Shown piece after piece: positions 34,901-49,048 of a DNA stretch of 64,000 bases; the stretch's first letter is position 1; every line of letters starts with the position of its first letter. The translations under genes and the position numbers were made by a program. Source of the stretch: the human T2T-CHM13v2.0 reference genome, Homo sapiens; the NCBI RefSeq assembly GCF_009914755.1, contig NC_060930.1. One strand, written 5' to 3'. The notes beneath the pieces were generated by a model, which had not been told where the DNA came from, searched no databases, and saw nothing but the letters and a program-made list of their open reading frames with translations.

Positions 34901-37900
34901 GTTTCTTCTCAGGGACATAAAATCAGACGGGAACTGACAAGAAAGGAACAAGGAAACTCATGTTTAATAAATTATCTAAACTGGGTTTTAAGAATGTTGA
35001 GGTATCTAAGAATATTGGCAATAAAAAGTAGAGGTAGGAGAAATAGTGACAAAACTGTATAAGGCATGACATGCTAAAGCAGAAGGGTGGCCTCAGAAAT
35101 ACTGCATGCTATGAATCTTCGAGCGCTCTTTCTGCCTCTTAGTGTCTTTGCCTTTGACACTCTGTTACTCCAAATGTCAAAAAATTTTTTGGCTGCCATT
35201 AATCCTGTTCCCATTGGCAAATAATGTAGACCAGTGTTAGGTCATTTACACACATTATCTTATATAATGCCTATGATGTAGGTAAATTCCAAGAGATGAC
35301 TAAATGAGGACTTGGATTAAGGAATATGCTCAAGACTGTATAACTGGCAAGTTATGAAGCCAAGATTCAAATCCAGCAATGTTTGTCTCCAAAAACATTC
35401 CAGTCTACAAGCATTTACCAACTCATGGCTCACGAACCCTGTGGGTTTTGCAAAAGTAATCAGGGATCAGGGGAGTCACATCTAGAACAGTGATTACCAA
35501 ATGAGAATATACCAAGTTAGTACATATAAATGTACTAACAACTCAGTATTTCTATCAGTTTCTCACTCAGATCAATACTGACAGCTGTCATGGTAGATTT
35601 GATTGTTATATGATTTTAAATTCATTTATTCTCTGTGATATGGAATTTAATTTATACCCATACTGAACTATTGTTTACAGGTAGTAAGCATAAGTAGTTG
35701 AAGCTAAAACAAAATAATATATAACAATTACACTAACTTTGTAAATTTGATATCTTTCTTTACCAGAATAAGATGTATTCATCTGAAGGAAAGTAGAATT
35801 CAGTACATTGAGATATGGACTTCAAAATATCATATGAATGGAAAATATAGTAGCAAGTATACACAATTTAGCTTTTTGTTTATCCATATCAGAAAATTTT
35901 ATGGCAAAATGCTTGCCAAGAGTAGCCTATAACATTTTCCTTTAGTCCACCTTAAAACAAAAGTAAAAATATATAGGTTTTTAAAAACATCCCATTCATT
36001 TCAAAGCATTATGAGTAAGAATTCCAAAAACAGCAGTTTTGTATCATTCTAATAAAATTAAATTTCAATCTATATGTTACATTTCTTATTTCAATGATGT
36101 TCTTCCCTTTTACAATCAGGACTCAATTCTTCTCTTTTCAAGATTCCTGGGTATCCTCTTGAGTGGCGTCACCCATTTCACTTGTAACCAGGCCTCTTTG
36201 TAGGCAAACAGTATCTTCCTGAAATGCCATTCGCCTTATTCTAAAACCCTTCTTCTTCTGCGTCTCTCATCAGAGCTTCAAATTCATGTCTAAAACCACC
36301 ATTTCTCTTCCAAATCTGTGCTTTCTGACCTATTTCAATTCACAAATCTGTCATTCTCCCAATTGCTTAGGAAATATCTCTGACTTGCTCTCCCTTATCT
36401 TTTATTTAACCTTCCTGGCCCTGAATTCCTGAACCCATGAAATCTTGCATATTGCAGCTCTACATTTTTTTTTTCAAACTAGGATGTGTTAGTTCAGAAT
36501 CTGTAACTGTGCAACTTAGAGCTAGCAACAACTTTTGCCTAAATACTGCAATATCCTCCTTATAACTGACCTCTCCAGAAGCAGCATCTTGAGTCTTTCA
36601 CAGTTCGATATAAAATAGCCAGGTTATTCTATCCACTTCACTTACTTTGCCACTCTCTAAAATTTTTAATTGTCCCCAGCTGTCTACAGAATTACATACA
36701 AATTACTCAGTTTGAAATTCAATGACCTTGAAAATCTGGTCCCAAGTGTCTTTTTCATCACCTTTCTCCATCATACAATTAAGAAACATTGCTCATACAA
36801 CTGGAAACCCATATGGCTTGATCAGAGGTGATATAATATCAACCAATAGCTGAATTTGGTTCTTGGCATAAAATGCAAAAGCTCTGCAATATAGCTGACA
36901 TTTTAAAATAGGCATTCCATTCCTGACAACATCATTCACATCCATTCTGAAATCCAAACGGGGTTAGCTATTAATCATTACTATGTAGCTTATTATTCAC
37001 ACAAAAATATTATACTTACTGAAAACAAAGAAGCAATTGGTTTTGAAACTCAGTGTAAATAAAAGGATAATTTATTAATTACCATTCTCTCTTTTGGAGA
37101 ACAGCCATTAGGTCTTTAATACTGACATAGATAAATAACTTCATTCTTGTCTTATAAAAAACTTTCAGTTCCTGACTAGCATAAAAAGAGAACAAATAAA
37201 TTAGATATGTTAGAAATGGGAAACTGAATTCCAGTATTTTCTTTATTCTCACAAAAGAGACATTTGAAAATATCACCACCTGATCTCTGATTTTTATGAA
37301 AATGCAGGGACTTTTTTATCCACCATGATAGAAAATACCAAAGTTATTTAGAAAAAGAGTATTAATACTTTTGCTTTTAGTGAAAAAAAGAATTAAAAAA
37401 TATTGAGTTTCTACTAAATATAATGTACTCATTGAAACCGTATTCTTATCAGTGAAATCAAATGCTTGCATATTTAGAAAAAAAGGCAATATTTGATTTT
37501 TAAAACCTGCCATAGACAAAATAATTGAAAAGGATAAAGCTGAGACTTTTATGATGGGAGTAAAAGTTAACTAGTGAAAAAATTATTATTCTTTTAACTA
37601 TATGTGAACCATAAACATTTTATTAGGAATACAGTTATTTTACTTCTTGTATTATCATCAAATCTTACATCGAGTCTAGTGATCTTCTTAATAAAAACAG
37701 TCTACAAAGAGAAACTTTAGTGCTCAAGGAAAAAGATTCTACTAAAACTTTTCTTCTTAAAGCTTATTACCAAAGCAAGCAATAATATGGTTGATTTCTG
37801 GAAAAGTTCACAATATTTTAAATATCCTTTTCAAGTATGTTTAAATTCCTTCTTTCTTATATATTGAATTATCTTTGTCCAGTGGTCTATCAAATGATTT

Positions 37901-38565
37901 CTATTTTAATGTTATGAAATTATAACTTATGCCTACATTATGTTTTGTTGGTTATTAAAACTATTTCTCATGTTAAAGAATGCTATTCTCTTTCCAAACT
38001 TCAAATATGATAAATATTTATCATAGACTTGAAACTGAATTTGTATTTTCCACACCAAAAGAAGATTGTGCTTACCTTTCTTGGCACTTCTCTTTTTCAA
38101 TTACTTCTTTTTCAACCACTCCTCACTAACTATTTGCAAAATGTAAATACTACTCTGAAAACAATATTCTTCTTACTGCAGAGAACCACAGAATACTCAG
38201 AATTAGAAGGGACCTTACAGACATATAGTAAATTCAGTCTGATAAGTACCCATTAAAAAAACAGCATATTTTCTATACTAAGGAATCCCCAAACTCTCTA
38301 GAGAAGAAATGGTTTGAATTCCCTATCTACTACTTATAAGCTGTGTGACTGTGGGCAAGTTGCTTAATCTTTCTGTTCTTCAGTTTCTAAACCTATAAAG
38401 TGAAGAGAGTATCTTCTAACTCTCTAGGTTTACTGGAAGTATTTAGTGAAATGTTTCTTATAAGTGATGCCACTCTGTCAAACTACAGATAGAAACACAG
38501 AAAGTTTTAAAAATATTTTTCCCTTAATTCCTTAAGGATATTTGCTAAATTATGGAATCTTTATA

Positions 38566-38665
38566 TACAGTTTTGGGGAGAAAAATGTTTTGGTCATTTA
38601 AAAGTCTTTGGTCATTACAGTTTTGGGAAGAAAAAGTTTTTGGTCATATAAAATTTTTGGTCATT
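38566..38665 (+). repeat. 50-bp tandem duplication containing four TTTGGTCAT motifs
   Basis: TACAGTTTTGGG.AGAAAAA..TTTTGGTCAT.TAAAA..TTTGGTCAT twice. Confidence 0.8.
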
Positions 38666-39249
38666 TTACATAAATAAAATATAAATTTTATATTTTATAT
38701 GGTTACAAATATCAATAAGCATACTGGGCTAAATACAACAGAATGATGTTCTCTGAAACCAAAAAGTTAGGAAACTTGATATTTTAATATATATTTTCTG
38801 GAACATACTTTACATTATATATTTTACTTGTAAACCAACTAGATAACCTATAATTGTGTGTATTTGTGTTTTTAGCAATTATTTTATCTTGGCTCTACAC
38901 CGTCACAACTTCTTGCTGTTTCTTATCAGCATCTGCCTTATTAATTGCCTTGGTCCTTTCCATTCCATTTTCCTCCTACTCTACTGCAAAAAAAACCCAA
39001 AAAACACATAAAGAAACTCTTAGATTAAATACATTCTGGGTACTGAGCATGATTTTTACAGTATTTATGCTGATGTTTATTACTTAATGCCATATTATTA
39101 GTTGAATTAGAAGTGCAAAGTCAGTGAAAATTTTACTGATAAACATCATTTTCAAAGTTCTATCCTGAAGATGTTTTCTTAAGCCTTTTCTAGTTGACAC
39201 ATTTATTTAATAGACTTTCTCTTTCCATTTAATTAAAAAATTTGAAGTC

Positions 39250-39544
<295 letters not shown>

Positions 39545-39750
39545 TTAAGTCAATTTTATTCTAGTGCTTCAAATATAAATACCTTTTGAATTTCAGATTA
39601 TATATATACTTAGAGTTTCATAACAACTTACTAGAGAAGTCTCTAAGGACAGTTAATATATGCTTGGGAAACTAACAATGTGATTTATAAATTCACCCAG
39701 AGATGTGAGAACGACTAGAATTGAAATTATCAGCATAAATAATCTGTTCC

Positions 39751-39867
39751 CTAACACAATGTAGTAAAATAACACCCCTAATAAAACATCTAACACAATG
39801 TAGTAAAATAACACCCCTAATAAAACAACTAACACAATGCAGTAAAATAACACCCCAATAAAACATC
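39751..39867 (+). repeat. 39-bp minisatellite, 3 copies
   Basis: Unit CTAACACAATGTAGTAAAATAACACCCCTAATAAAACAT starting at 39751, 39790 and 39829. Confidence 0.95.
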
Positions 39868-40549
39868 GCAATGGATGTGAAGAGTTCATATCAGAATCTA
39901 AAGGGATAAAAATACATATTTTACAAAATAATTGTATGTTCTTCAAATGTAGAAAAATATATAATACTGAGATCTGATAAATAAATAAAAGTTGCTAATT
40001 ATATTTTTATAAAAAATAGGATAAATTCAAGCTAGGTTAAAATTTCGTAAGTTAAAAAGCTATACAGAAATGTTTTTATTTAAAACCTGGAAAATGGCCT
40101 ATATATACAATAAAATAATATAAGCAAACTCTTTAGAAGACGGCCTCACACATAGTAGATGTTTACTAACTGTTATTTTCTTCTTTTCTGCAGAAACTTA
40201 ACACTAATCAAGAGTAATAGCAGCAATGGGGAAAGAAGATGCAGAGTTATGGATAAAGAAAAGACATTCAAAGATCTTGGGAAAGGAACTGGAAAGAGGA
40301 AGTTTTAAACAATCTCTTAGTTCAGATACAGAGGAGAAAAGAAAAACTGATAAATGAGAATAGAATACTTGGAAAACATCTGCCAAATTAAAAAGCACAA
40401 AAAGTAAGAACAAAGAAAGAGGGAGAAAGAGAACCTGATGCATGCTAATCAAGATGGGAGACTGAACAGTTACTCTTCACAGATATGTTTATTCTTCATT
40501 ACTTTTTATAATTCAAGATTATAAATAATCTCAAAAATAATCCAGAGAA

Positions 40550-40920
40550 TAGATTCACATATGAAAGCATAGTTCAACAGACTGAATGGCTTACTAGTTG
40601 TTGAGTAGATTCACATAGAAAAAAACCTAATATGATTTTCAAATGGAAGGTTAGATAATTATATTCTATGCATAAAACAAATTATATTCTACACATATTT
40701 AATAGAGTAGTGAAAGCAGCCACATAGCCATCAGAAATCATGACAATTTTTGAACTTCATTTAAAATTGGGTATTATCAAAAGCATAATATAGACTCAGT
40801 CACACAATTTCAAGATGGCGCAAATCTCTGCCTATCTCTATTAAGACATGCAATTCAATCTGGAGAGTGGGAGTTTTATAAAAAGTTTGCATCTCTCTGG
40901 TAAATCTAAAACACTTGGAA
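40550..40920 (+). repeat. Ancient local duplication, copy A (candidate cis-regulatory module)
   Basis: Colinear shared blocks with 42328-42702, including 26 identical bp AAAAAGTTTGCATCTCTCTGGTAAAT. Confidence 0.85.
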
Positions 40921-42327
40921 CCTAAGCATTTATGAGAAATTTTAGCCCGAACTAAAACGTTCAGCACAGATTAAAAATCCAAGCATGGTACAGGATACAA
41001 GTAGCTAGAACTTAGCTTAAGTCAGGGGATAGGAGTCTAGCAGACCAGCAGAGAAAAAAAGGAAGAACCTTTAGGGAGAAAAGCCTGATGCAAGAAAAGA
41101 AACACAAATTGAAAGGTGAGAAGATGCTATTTTATATCTATGCTAAGAAAACCAAGTAACATGAGACAATACTTGTAATTTACTGGAAGTGAAAAACAAT
41201 TTATACTCTGAAATTCTGTGACACTGAAGTAAAGACTGCTTTTCAAAATGAATTGGTTAGTAGGATATACTACAGCAGGAAAAAAATATGTTAAGAGTGG
41301 GAGAAAGGACTGGGAATTCCTTCCCAGTTGATCCTCTGTGTCATGCCTTTAGCAAACTATCCATGGCAATTGGTGGGGAGAATGTAGCATAAGAGGCATT
41401 CTACACAGAATATGCCCATTTTAAAAACTAAGTATCAGTCAATAGTTACTTATTATTTTTTTAAAAAGACAATTGTATTTATTGATGCATGAGGTAGTAA
41501 TATATGAGAGAAAATAAGACTAATTTAAGTAGAAGATATTAGGAGTGATCAATTACAAACAAGTGGTGCTATACAGAAATAATCAGGAAATTTTCCATAA
41601 TACTTATTCCATAATACTTCATTTTTACTTAAGAAGTAAAAATGAAGAAAAGTAATCAGATTTTACCAACACAAAATATTCTATTTTGAACAACTCTGTA
41701 CGCATATGTGACCATACGTGTGTGTTTTCCCCAAAGCAGGTGTGTTTTTAGTCTGTTTATTCTAAACATATGCTTAATTTACTCCACAGTAGCAGACAGA
41801 AAGGCCGAGAATTTTTTCCCAGATGGTATTTGTGGACTACCTCATATTCCATTCATGTAAACACAGAGTGTGTTCTGGTTTGCTGAACTACATATACATG
41901 CTCTGGCTTAGTACAAAGTATGAACGTTTAGTTAGCAAGAAGACTGTTTCCATCCTATGATTCATTAGGTCCCCATGGTACCTCTGCTTCCTTTATTTTA
42001 TGCAATCACAAATTATATTAGTTTGTCCTATTTTGATAACCCTTATAATTGAAATTCTACATAGGAAACTTTATTACTATTTTAAAACACACCCATAAAA
42101 CATTACTGAGGTGGCATAAGTGACAGCCTCACAGAACTGGTGATGAGGACAGAACAGAGCTTTGCATGAACTGCTTCTACCAGGGAAATTAAAAAGCATT
42201 ACAGGAGGGAGGGGTGAATTCAGTGCATTTTAATCCAGATCGGAGATTAAGCCATAACTCTTCACACTTATAAATTTGTTCTTTATTACTTTTCATAATT
42301 AAGGAGAATTAGCTAAACATGATAAAT

Positions 42328-42702
42328 TGGTTCTGATGTGAAAACTAGTGTAACCAACTATACAGCTTACTACTGACTGGTAGATTCATACAGTGAAAAT
42401 CTAATATGATTTTTAAATGGAATGGTAATTACATTCTATGCATAAAATGTAGTGAATCTTTTGATATTTAACTTTGAATGAACAGAGAAATGAAAGCAGC
42501 TATATAGCCATCTGAAATCATTACTTTTTGAACTTGAAAGAGATATTGACAACATCATAACAACAACTCAAACATAATTTGCAGTTGGCACAAATCTCTA
42601 CTTACTTCAAATGTGATTTAACTCAACCTGGAAAGTGAGGAGTAAGGAAGCTTAGGATATGAAAAAGTTTGCATCTCTCTGGTAAATGTGAAATTCTTGG
42701 AA
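42328..42702 (+). repeat. Ancient local duplication, copy B (candidate cis-regulatory module)
   Basis: Colinear shared blocks with 40550-40920. Confidence 0.85.
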
Positions 42703-42957
42703 ATTTTCTAATCCATTTCTCATCTCAATCATGCCATTAAATAGCCCCATTATTAACGACAATAGCAACTATTACTACTGTTACTAGTAACCTAGAGAAG
42801 GGACGCTATGTTCCAGGAATTTCATTAACTCCTTCATATATATATAATCTTTATGATGCTTTATAACTACAGTAAAAAGTAAATATTAGCATTGCAACAT
42901 AACAAAATAAAGAAACTAAGAGTTTGAAACCTTTCTCTAGTGACAATTTCTAATTTG

Positions 42958-43040
42958 TATTGCATTGAATCATATAAAATCACCAATATTCAATCATTTA
43001 TAGCCTGTAAATATGTCAATTTCATTTGGTTCAAACTTAT
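42958..43040. mobile_element. MADE2-like mariner MITE (~80 bp)
   Basis: Imperfect inverted ends TTGAATCATATAAAAT ... AATTTCATTTGGTTCAA. Confidence 0.6.
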
Positions 43041-44708
43041 GTAAGAGTTGGTTTAAATAATTTCTCAAGTGTAATTCAACTTTGAAATTCTATGACTTTA
43101 TTGTTCTAATCTGTTCTTGAAATAGTAAAATCGAAAGCTTTATATAGATTTTAGATGATGTATTTTCATTATTTAACATAGTATATAATCTACATGTACA
43201 TAAACTTCAGGGAAAAACAGTCAACTCAGGCCTAAGCTATCCACAACCTAACAAGTGGAAAAGAGTGGAAGAAGGTGAAATTACTTAAAATGAAGCACAG
43301 GCCTAAGTGAAGCACTGGATAAGAATTATGCATTAGATGAGAGGATATAGATTCCACATGGGAACAACAGGTCAAAGAAAGACGAGACAAAAAAAAATGA
43401 TTTAAGTAAAAACTTCTAAATGTAGTTTATTGCCAGTCTTATGGTAGTATTCCCCAAATGAAACAATATGTACCTACTGCCAAAATAATCTAAAAAATGT
43501 CCATCATCCTTGGTAGTTGATATTCAACAAAATATCAACAGTAGATATTCAATAAAAATCTGTATTGACTAAGGGAGGTTTTTTTTTAAAGAATCAAAGT
43601 ATATCATAATAAGTCTTGTCAAAAACACAGCTTCACCTACTTCGAGGTGCTATATTCAATCCTGATATATATCTATCAGGAGATAATAGCTAGAAATAGT
43701 CCATAGTCCCAAAATAAAATTTTGAGGAGCTGAAAGGACTGACATAACTGATACTGAAAAAATGCTGTAGGACAAAGAGAGTGTAGTATAATATATATCA
43801 GGCATCAGTCTTGTGGAACTTGTTATCCTATACATAGTGAAATGATGAAAAGATAACACTGATCAAAGATGGACTTCAAAAATTTTTGACTGACAGAAAT
43901 CTACAATACACAAATAATCAAAAAGGAACTGTTCTGGTTGAATTTGGGGTAGGGATCTCAGAGCCCCATCTTCTTCTCTTCCTCAAATATGAGGTGTCCC
44001 TGAACATTCTTTTGAATACTGGTGTTTCATGGACCATGCTAATTTGAAAGCCACTGCTTTAGTCAGGAAGTTTGCTACAGGACACAAGTGTCAAGCCCAG
44101 CTGTGAGTTTTCTGGCTTCCCAGAAACTCTAGAGAGAGAAGTCCATGCCCTGAAGGAGAATTGATGACGGCTCACAATTTCTTGAGCTGCCACAGAAGCA
44201 AAGGCAGAGGAAAGAGGTGTGATAAGGAAAGGGGGAAGCCCACCTAGCTTAAGATGGGCCAGCACAAGGCAGCCCTATGCAGGCTGTGAGAGGCTTCCAG
44301 CCACTTGCTGATTTGTGAGAAATTCAACTGTGGCCACACAAAGTCATTCCACTGACATCTCAAAGAGATCCACTGTTACAATTACAGGTGACTGTAGCTA
44401 CAATGGGTCCCCAAAGGTTCCTGCTATGCAAATACAAATATTGATGAAGATAATACTGCTGTCCTTCTACAAAACAGTAACAACACTCATGTTTCTTCTA
44501 TCTCTAATGATAAAAATATATATACTGTGCAAAAAGACATACAGGTTTTTATAAACTGAAAGTCTGCCCTTGTATCTTCTTCTCTCCAAACTCACTCCCT
44601 TCTTAGACCTATCATTAACAGGGAAATTAATTTCATACTGGACAAAGACACTTATGAAAAAACTGGACTGCAAGGTCATCCATTTCAGTATTCTTGCAGA
44701 AAAATCAT

Positions 44709-46133
44709 GAAATTTGGGGCTGGGTCTGATAGGATTGTGGCGGTCCTCTCTCCCACCTCAACAGCTACCACTGCCTCCAGATGCTCTAAAGATGGCGAGC
44801 TCTCTGGGTTCCCAAGCTTACAACACCCAGAACTGGGAGGGGGTGGACTTTCCTGTTCTGTGCCAGGAATGTCTTGCAGAAATCTATATATATTAAATAG
44901 CCAAAGAAAAAAGCAGGAAGGAACGCAAAATTTGTGCCAGGCCATTCAGTGTTTTGCTTGTGCCCTGGGGTCCACATGCATTTCAAGAAGACAGAAGTGT
45001 GCCAACCCTGCAGTAAATTGAAGCATGTCTGTTAGGCCTAAATCTTAAGACCTAAAGCATGGTCTGCCCATCCAGGTTAATAATGCAGAACTGTCTTCTG
45101 AAGGTGACCTGCCAAAGTCTGATGTCAAAAAAAGAGTACTGCATGTAGAATATGAGAGACAGGGATTTCTAGCTCTGATGGAACGTGGCCAGTTTGCCTG
45201 CTGGGGAAAAAGCCACACTGACCAGAGACATGCTACTCAGTCCAGCTTGGACCACACCCTCCTACCAAAGGAGTAAGCCCCACATTTGCTCCTCCTGGGT
45301 GAAAGGAGAGTATAAGAGAGGAGAGGAACATCCATGCAGACATGAGAAGCCTATAGATCCAGATGATCCCCTTGCCAATCAGAATATTATGGAATCAATG
45401 ATCCAGAAACAGATAAGCATCTAAAGTGGGCTTCAATCATGCCCCATCTGGACCCATCAGAGGACAAGGTTATCCTCCCCATATGTTGGTAGTCTGGATA
45501 ATACCCTTTCTGAGACAGATCTAAGACATCATCACTACCAGTTTGGAGAGATGCAGATTGATTACTGTTGTTCAGAGAGAGCAGTGTGCTTTCATCCAGG
45601 TTTCCACAGGGCAGGCTGCAGAAGTGGCTGCTGAGAAGTCCTTTGATAAGTTGATTGTCAATGGCTGTAGACTCAACATAAAATGGGGAAGATCCCAAGC
45701 ATCCAGAGGAAAAGAAAAAGAGAAGAACAGATCACAGACTCTGGGATCCAGCTACAGCCTATTCCAGCACTGCCATGAGCTCTTCCTCCTCCTACAGCAG
45801 CAGAAGATGCATGTGCCAGCTACTTCAACCTGCCCCAACATGGTCCTCCAGCTGTGGTGAACATTGCCCAGCCACCAGCCCCTAGTCTTCCACACCCCCA
45901 ACCCCAGGATTTAGGCCACACATATTCACCTCAATGGGACCACCCTTTCCTTTCATGACAACTCCAGGATTAATCCACTATCTTTCTCATGACCCTCAGA
46001 GGATGGGAGCTCATGCCAGAAAACATAGGAAACCCTAGCACACTATCAACACTCTGGGGCTCTATGGAAGAAAGAACACTTAAAAATCCGAATCAATGAA
46101 TCTTGGAATAAATGTGTTTTCCTTAAAAAAAAA
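44709..46133 (+). pseudogene. RBM22: Processed pseudogene of RBM22 (pre-mRNA splicing factor, CCCH zinc finger + RRM)
   Basis: ATG 44792 [28 protein letters not shown]; [37 protein letters not shown]; [42 protein letters not shown]; stop TAG 46036-46038; intronless with frameshifts and stops; AATAAA 46107; poly(A) from 46125; TSD AAAAATCAT. Confidence 0.97.
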
Positions 46134-47197
46134 AAAAATCATACTGTAAATGGAATAAAACACGTTTCTGTGTCACATTTTGGGCCAAGTTTATAACCTC
46201 TATTCCAATGCTTACTTTCCTCAATTCAACTCAATAAATACATGTTGAATCCTATGAAAGATTTATCATTTATTAGAGACATGAATATAGAAATACATGA
46301 AGAATTCCAGCCCAGAATAATTATCTCTTCTTAAAACCCTCATCTCACTCTGGATATCAGTATTATCACTTACCATAATGTTTTAAAATTAGCTTCTATG
46401 TGTTAATGTACCTGACAAAACTGTAAACTCTTATTCATCTTTGTATCGCTATAACCAGAGCTATACCAGTGTCAATAAATAAGTGTACTAAATAAATGAA
46501 TAAAACATGAAAAAGTAAAAAATACCTAATAATTTATTAAAGCAGAAAACCATTCAAAACAGTAAATGGCAATCTAAAAATGAAATGATGACCTCATTTA
46601 CACTTTTGTTTTCAGGATAATTAAAAAAATTTAACTTCGATGTGCAAAGAACACCTCAGGGCCATTTACATATCATTTTAGATTGTGTGGCTAAAGGCTT
46701 AGCCAGATAGGGATTCCCACATATCAGAACAAAGAAATACAGACAAGAATATTCCCGAGAATGGTGAGTCTTTTCAATAAACGGTGCTGGAAAACCTGGA
46801 TGTCTATATGCAGAAAAATAAACTAGACCCCTATCTCTCACCATACTCAAAAAATCAACTCAAAATGAATTAAAGACTTAAAATCTAAGAACCAAAACTT
46901 TAAGCTACTAGAAGAAAGCACAGGGGAAAACGCTTCGGACATTGTTCTGGGAAAATATTTCATGAAATGGAACTCAAAAGTACAGGCAACAAAACCAAAA
47001 ATAGACAAATGGAATTATATTAAACTAAAAATCTTCTACACAAAATCAAGAGTTAAGAGACAACCTGCAAGATGGGAGAAAATGCTTGAATTTCTTCGGA
47101 CAAGGGATTAATATCCAAGGAACTTAAAAGCAATAAAATGAAAAATCCAATTAAAAAAATAGGCAAAAGAGCTGAATCAACATCTTTCAAAAGACAC

Positions 47198-47337
47198 AGT
47201 TGGGTGCAGTGACACACACCTGTAATCCCAGCTACTCATGAGGCTGAGGGGGGAAATGGCTTGCACCCAGGAGTTTGAGACCAGTCTGGGCATCATAGCA
47301 AGACCCTGTACTTAAAAAAAAAAAAAAAAAAAAAAAA
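47198..47337 (+). mobile_element. Free Alu monomer (FLAM-like)
   Basis: Single ~115-bp arm plus poly(A); TSD AAAAGACACA. Confidence 0.85.
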
Positions 47338-47916
47338 GACACACAAATAGCCCACAGTACATGAAAAAACTCTAAATGTCACTAATCATCAGGGAAATGC
47401 AAATGAAAACAACAATGAAATAATCACCTCACCCTAATTATTAGAATGGTTATTATCAAAAACAAGGTTATAATTAATAATACCAAATGCTAGCAATGAG
47501 GAGGAGAAAGGGAATGTCTTACACACTTTTGATTGAAATGTAAATTAGTATAACCATTATAGAAAACAATAAAAAGCTAAAAATAGAATTACCATATGAT
47601 CCAGCAATCCCACTACTGGGTCCACATACAAAGGAAAACAGTATGCCAAAGATATATCTGTGCTCACATGTTTATTGCAGCAATACTCACAATAGCCAAG
47701 ACATGAAATAACTGAAGTGTCCATCAACAGACGAATGGATATCAAGAATGTGGTATATATTCACAATGAAATACTATTTCACCATAAAAAAGAAGGGAAT
47801 TCTGTCATTTGTGGCAACATAAATGAGCTTAAATGACATTATGTTAAGAGAAATAAGCCATGCACAGAAAGATAAATATCACATGTTCTCACTGATACAT
47901 GAAAGGTAAAAAAGTT

Positions 47917-48440
<524 letters not shown>

Positions 48441-49048
48441 TCATAAATGTTTAAGGTAACGAATATGCTAAATACCCTGATATGATCATTATACATTGTA
48501 TACATGTGTCAAAATAACACACTGTGCCCCATAAATATGTACAATTATTATGTGTCTATTAAAAATGATAATAAAAAACAAAAAAAAACCTGGCAGTGAG
48601 TTTCATTGTTTTTATTTTCTACTCATATCCCCTGTATTGAACTCAAAGGGAGTATGAATCCAGGAACTGCTTACCAAGTATAGACAAAAAGAATTAAAAG
48701 AGAAGTCTTTTCCTTCTTTGACAAACAATGGGGACCTCATAGTGGCAGAGGGTTGGGGTAGAAAAATTTGACAATGAGTAGAACAAGATAATTTTTTGGG
48801 GAATGAGGGAACTGTTCTGAATCAATTTTAGTTATGGTTATAAGACTACACATTTGACAAAACATAAAGAACTGAAAAAAGAAAACAAAACAGATTCTGT
48901 TTTATGTAATTTCAACAAAAAATTTAATATTATAAAAACTAACAAATATAATGTATACTGGTTACACAGTATTCTACAGTAAGGGAATATTAACACTTAA
49001 AAAACAATTTGCCTACTATTTTTCCCTTTCTTCTCAAGCATTCAAACA

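Noticed and set aside
39751-39867. CRISPR-like or coding repeat (same question for 59318-59447)
   Set aside because: Head-to-tail units with no unique spacers in primate DNA; ordinary minisatellites.
40550-42702. Duplicated blocks as paired snoRNA/miRNA genes or duplicated coding exons
   Set aside because: No shared C/D or H/ACA box layout or terminal stem seen; spacer indels break any common reading frame.
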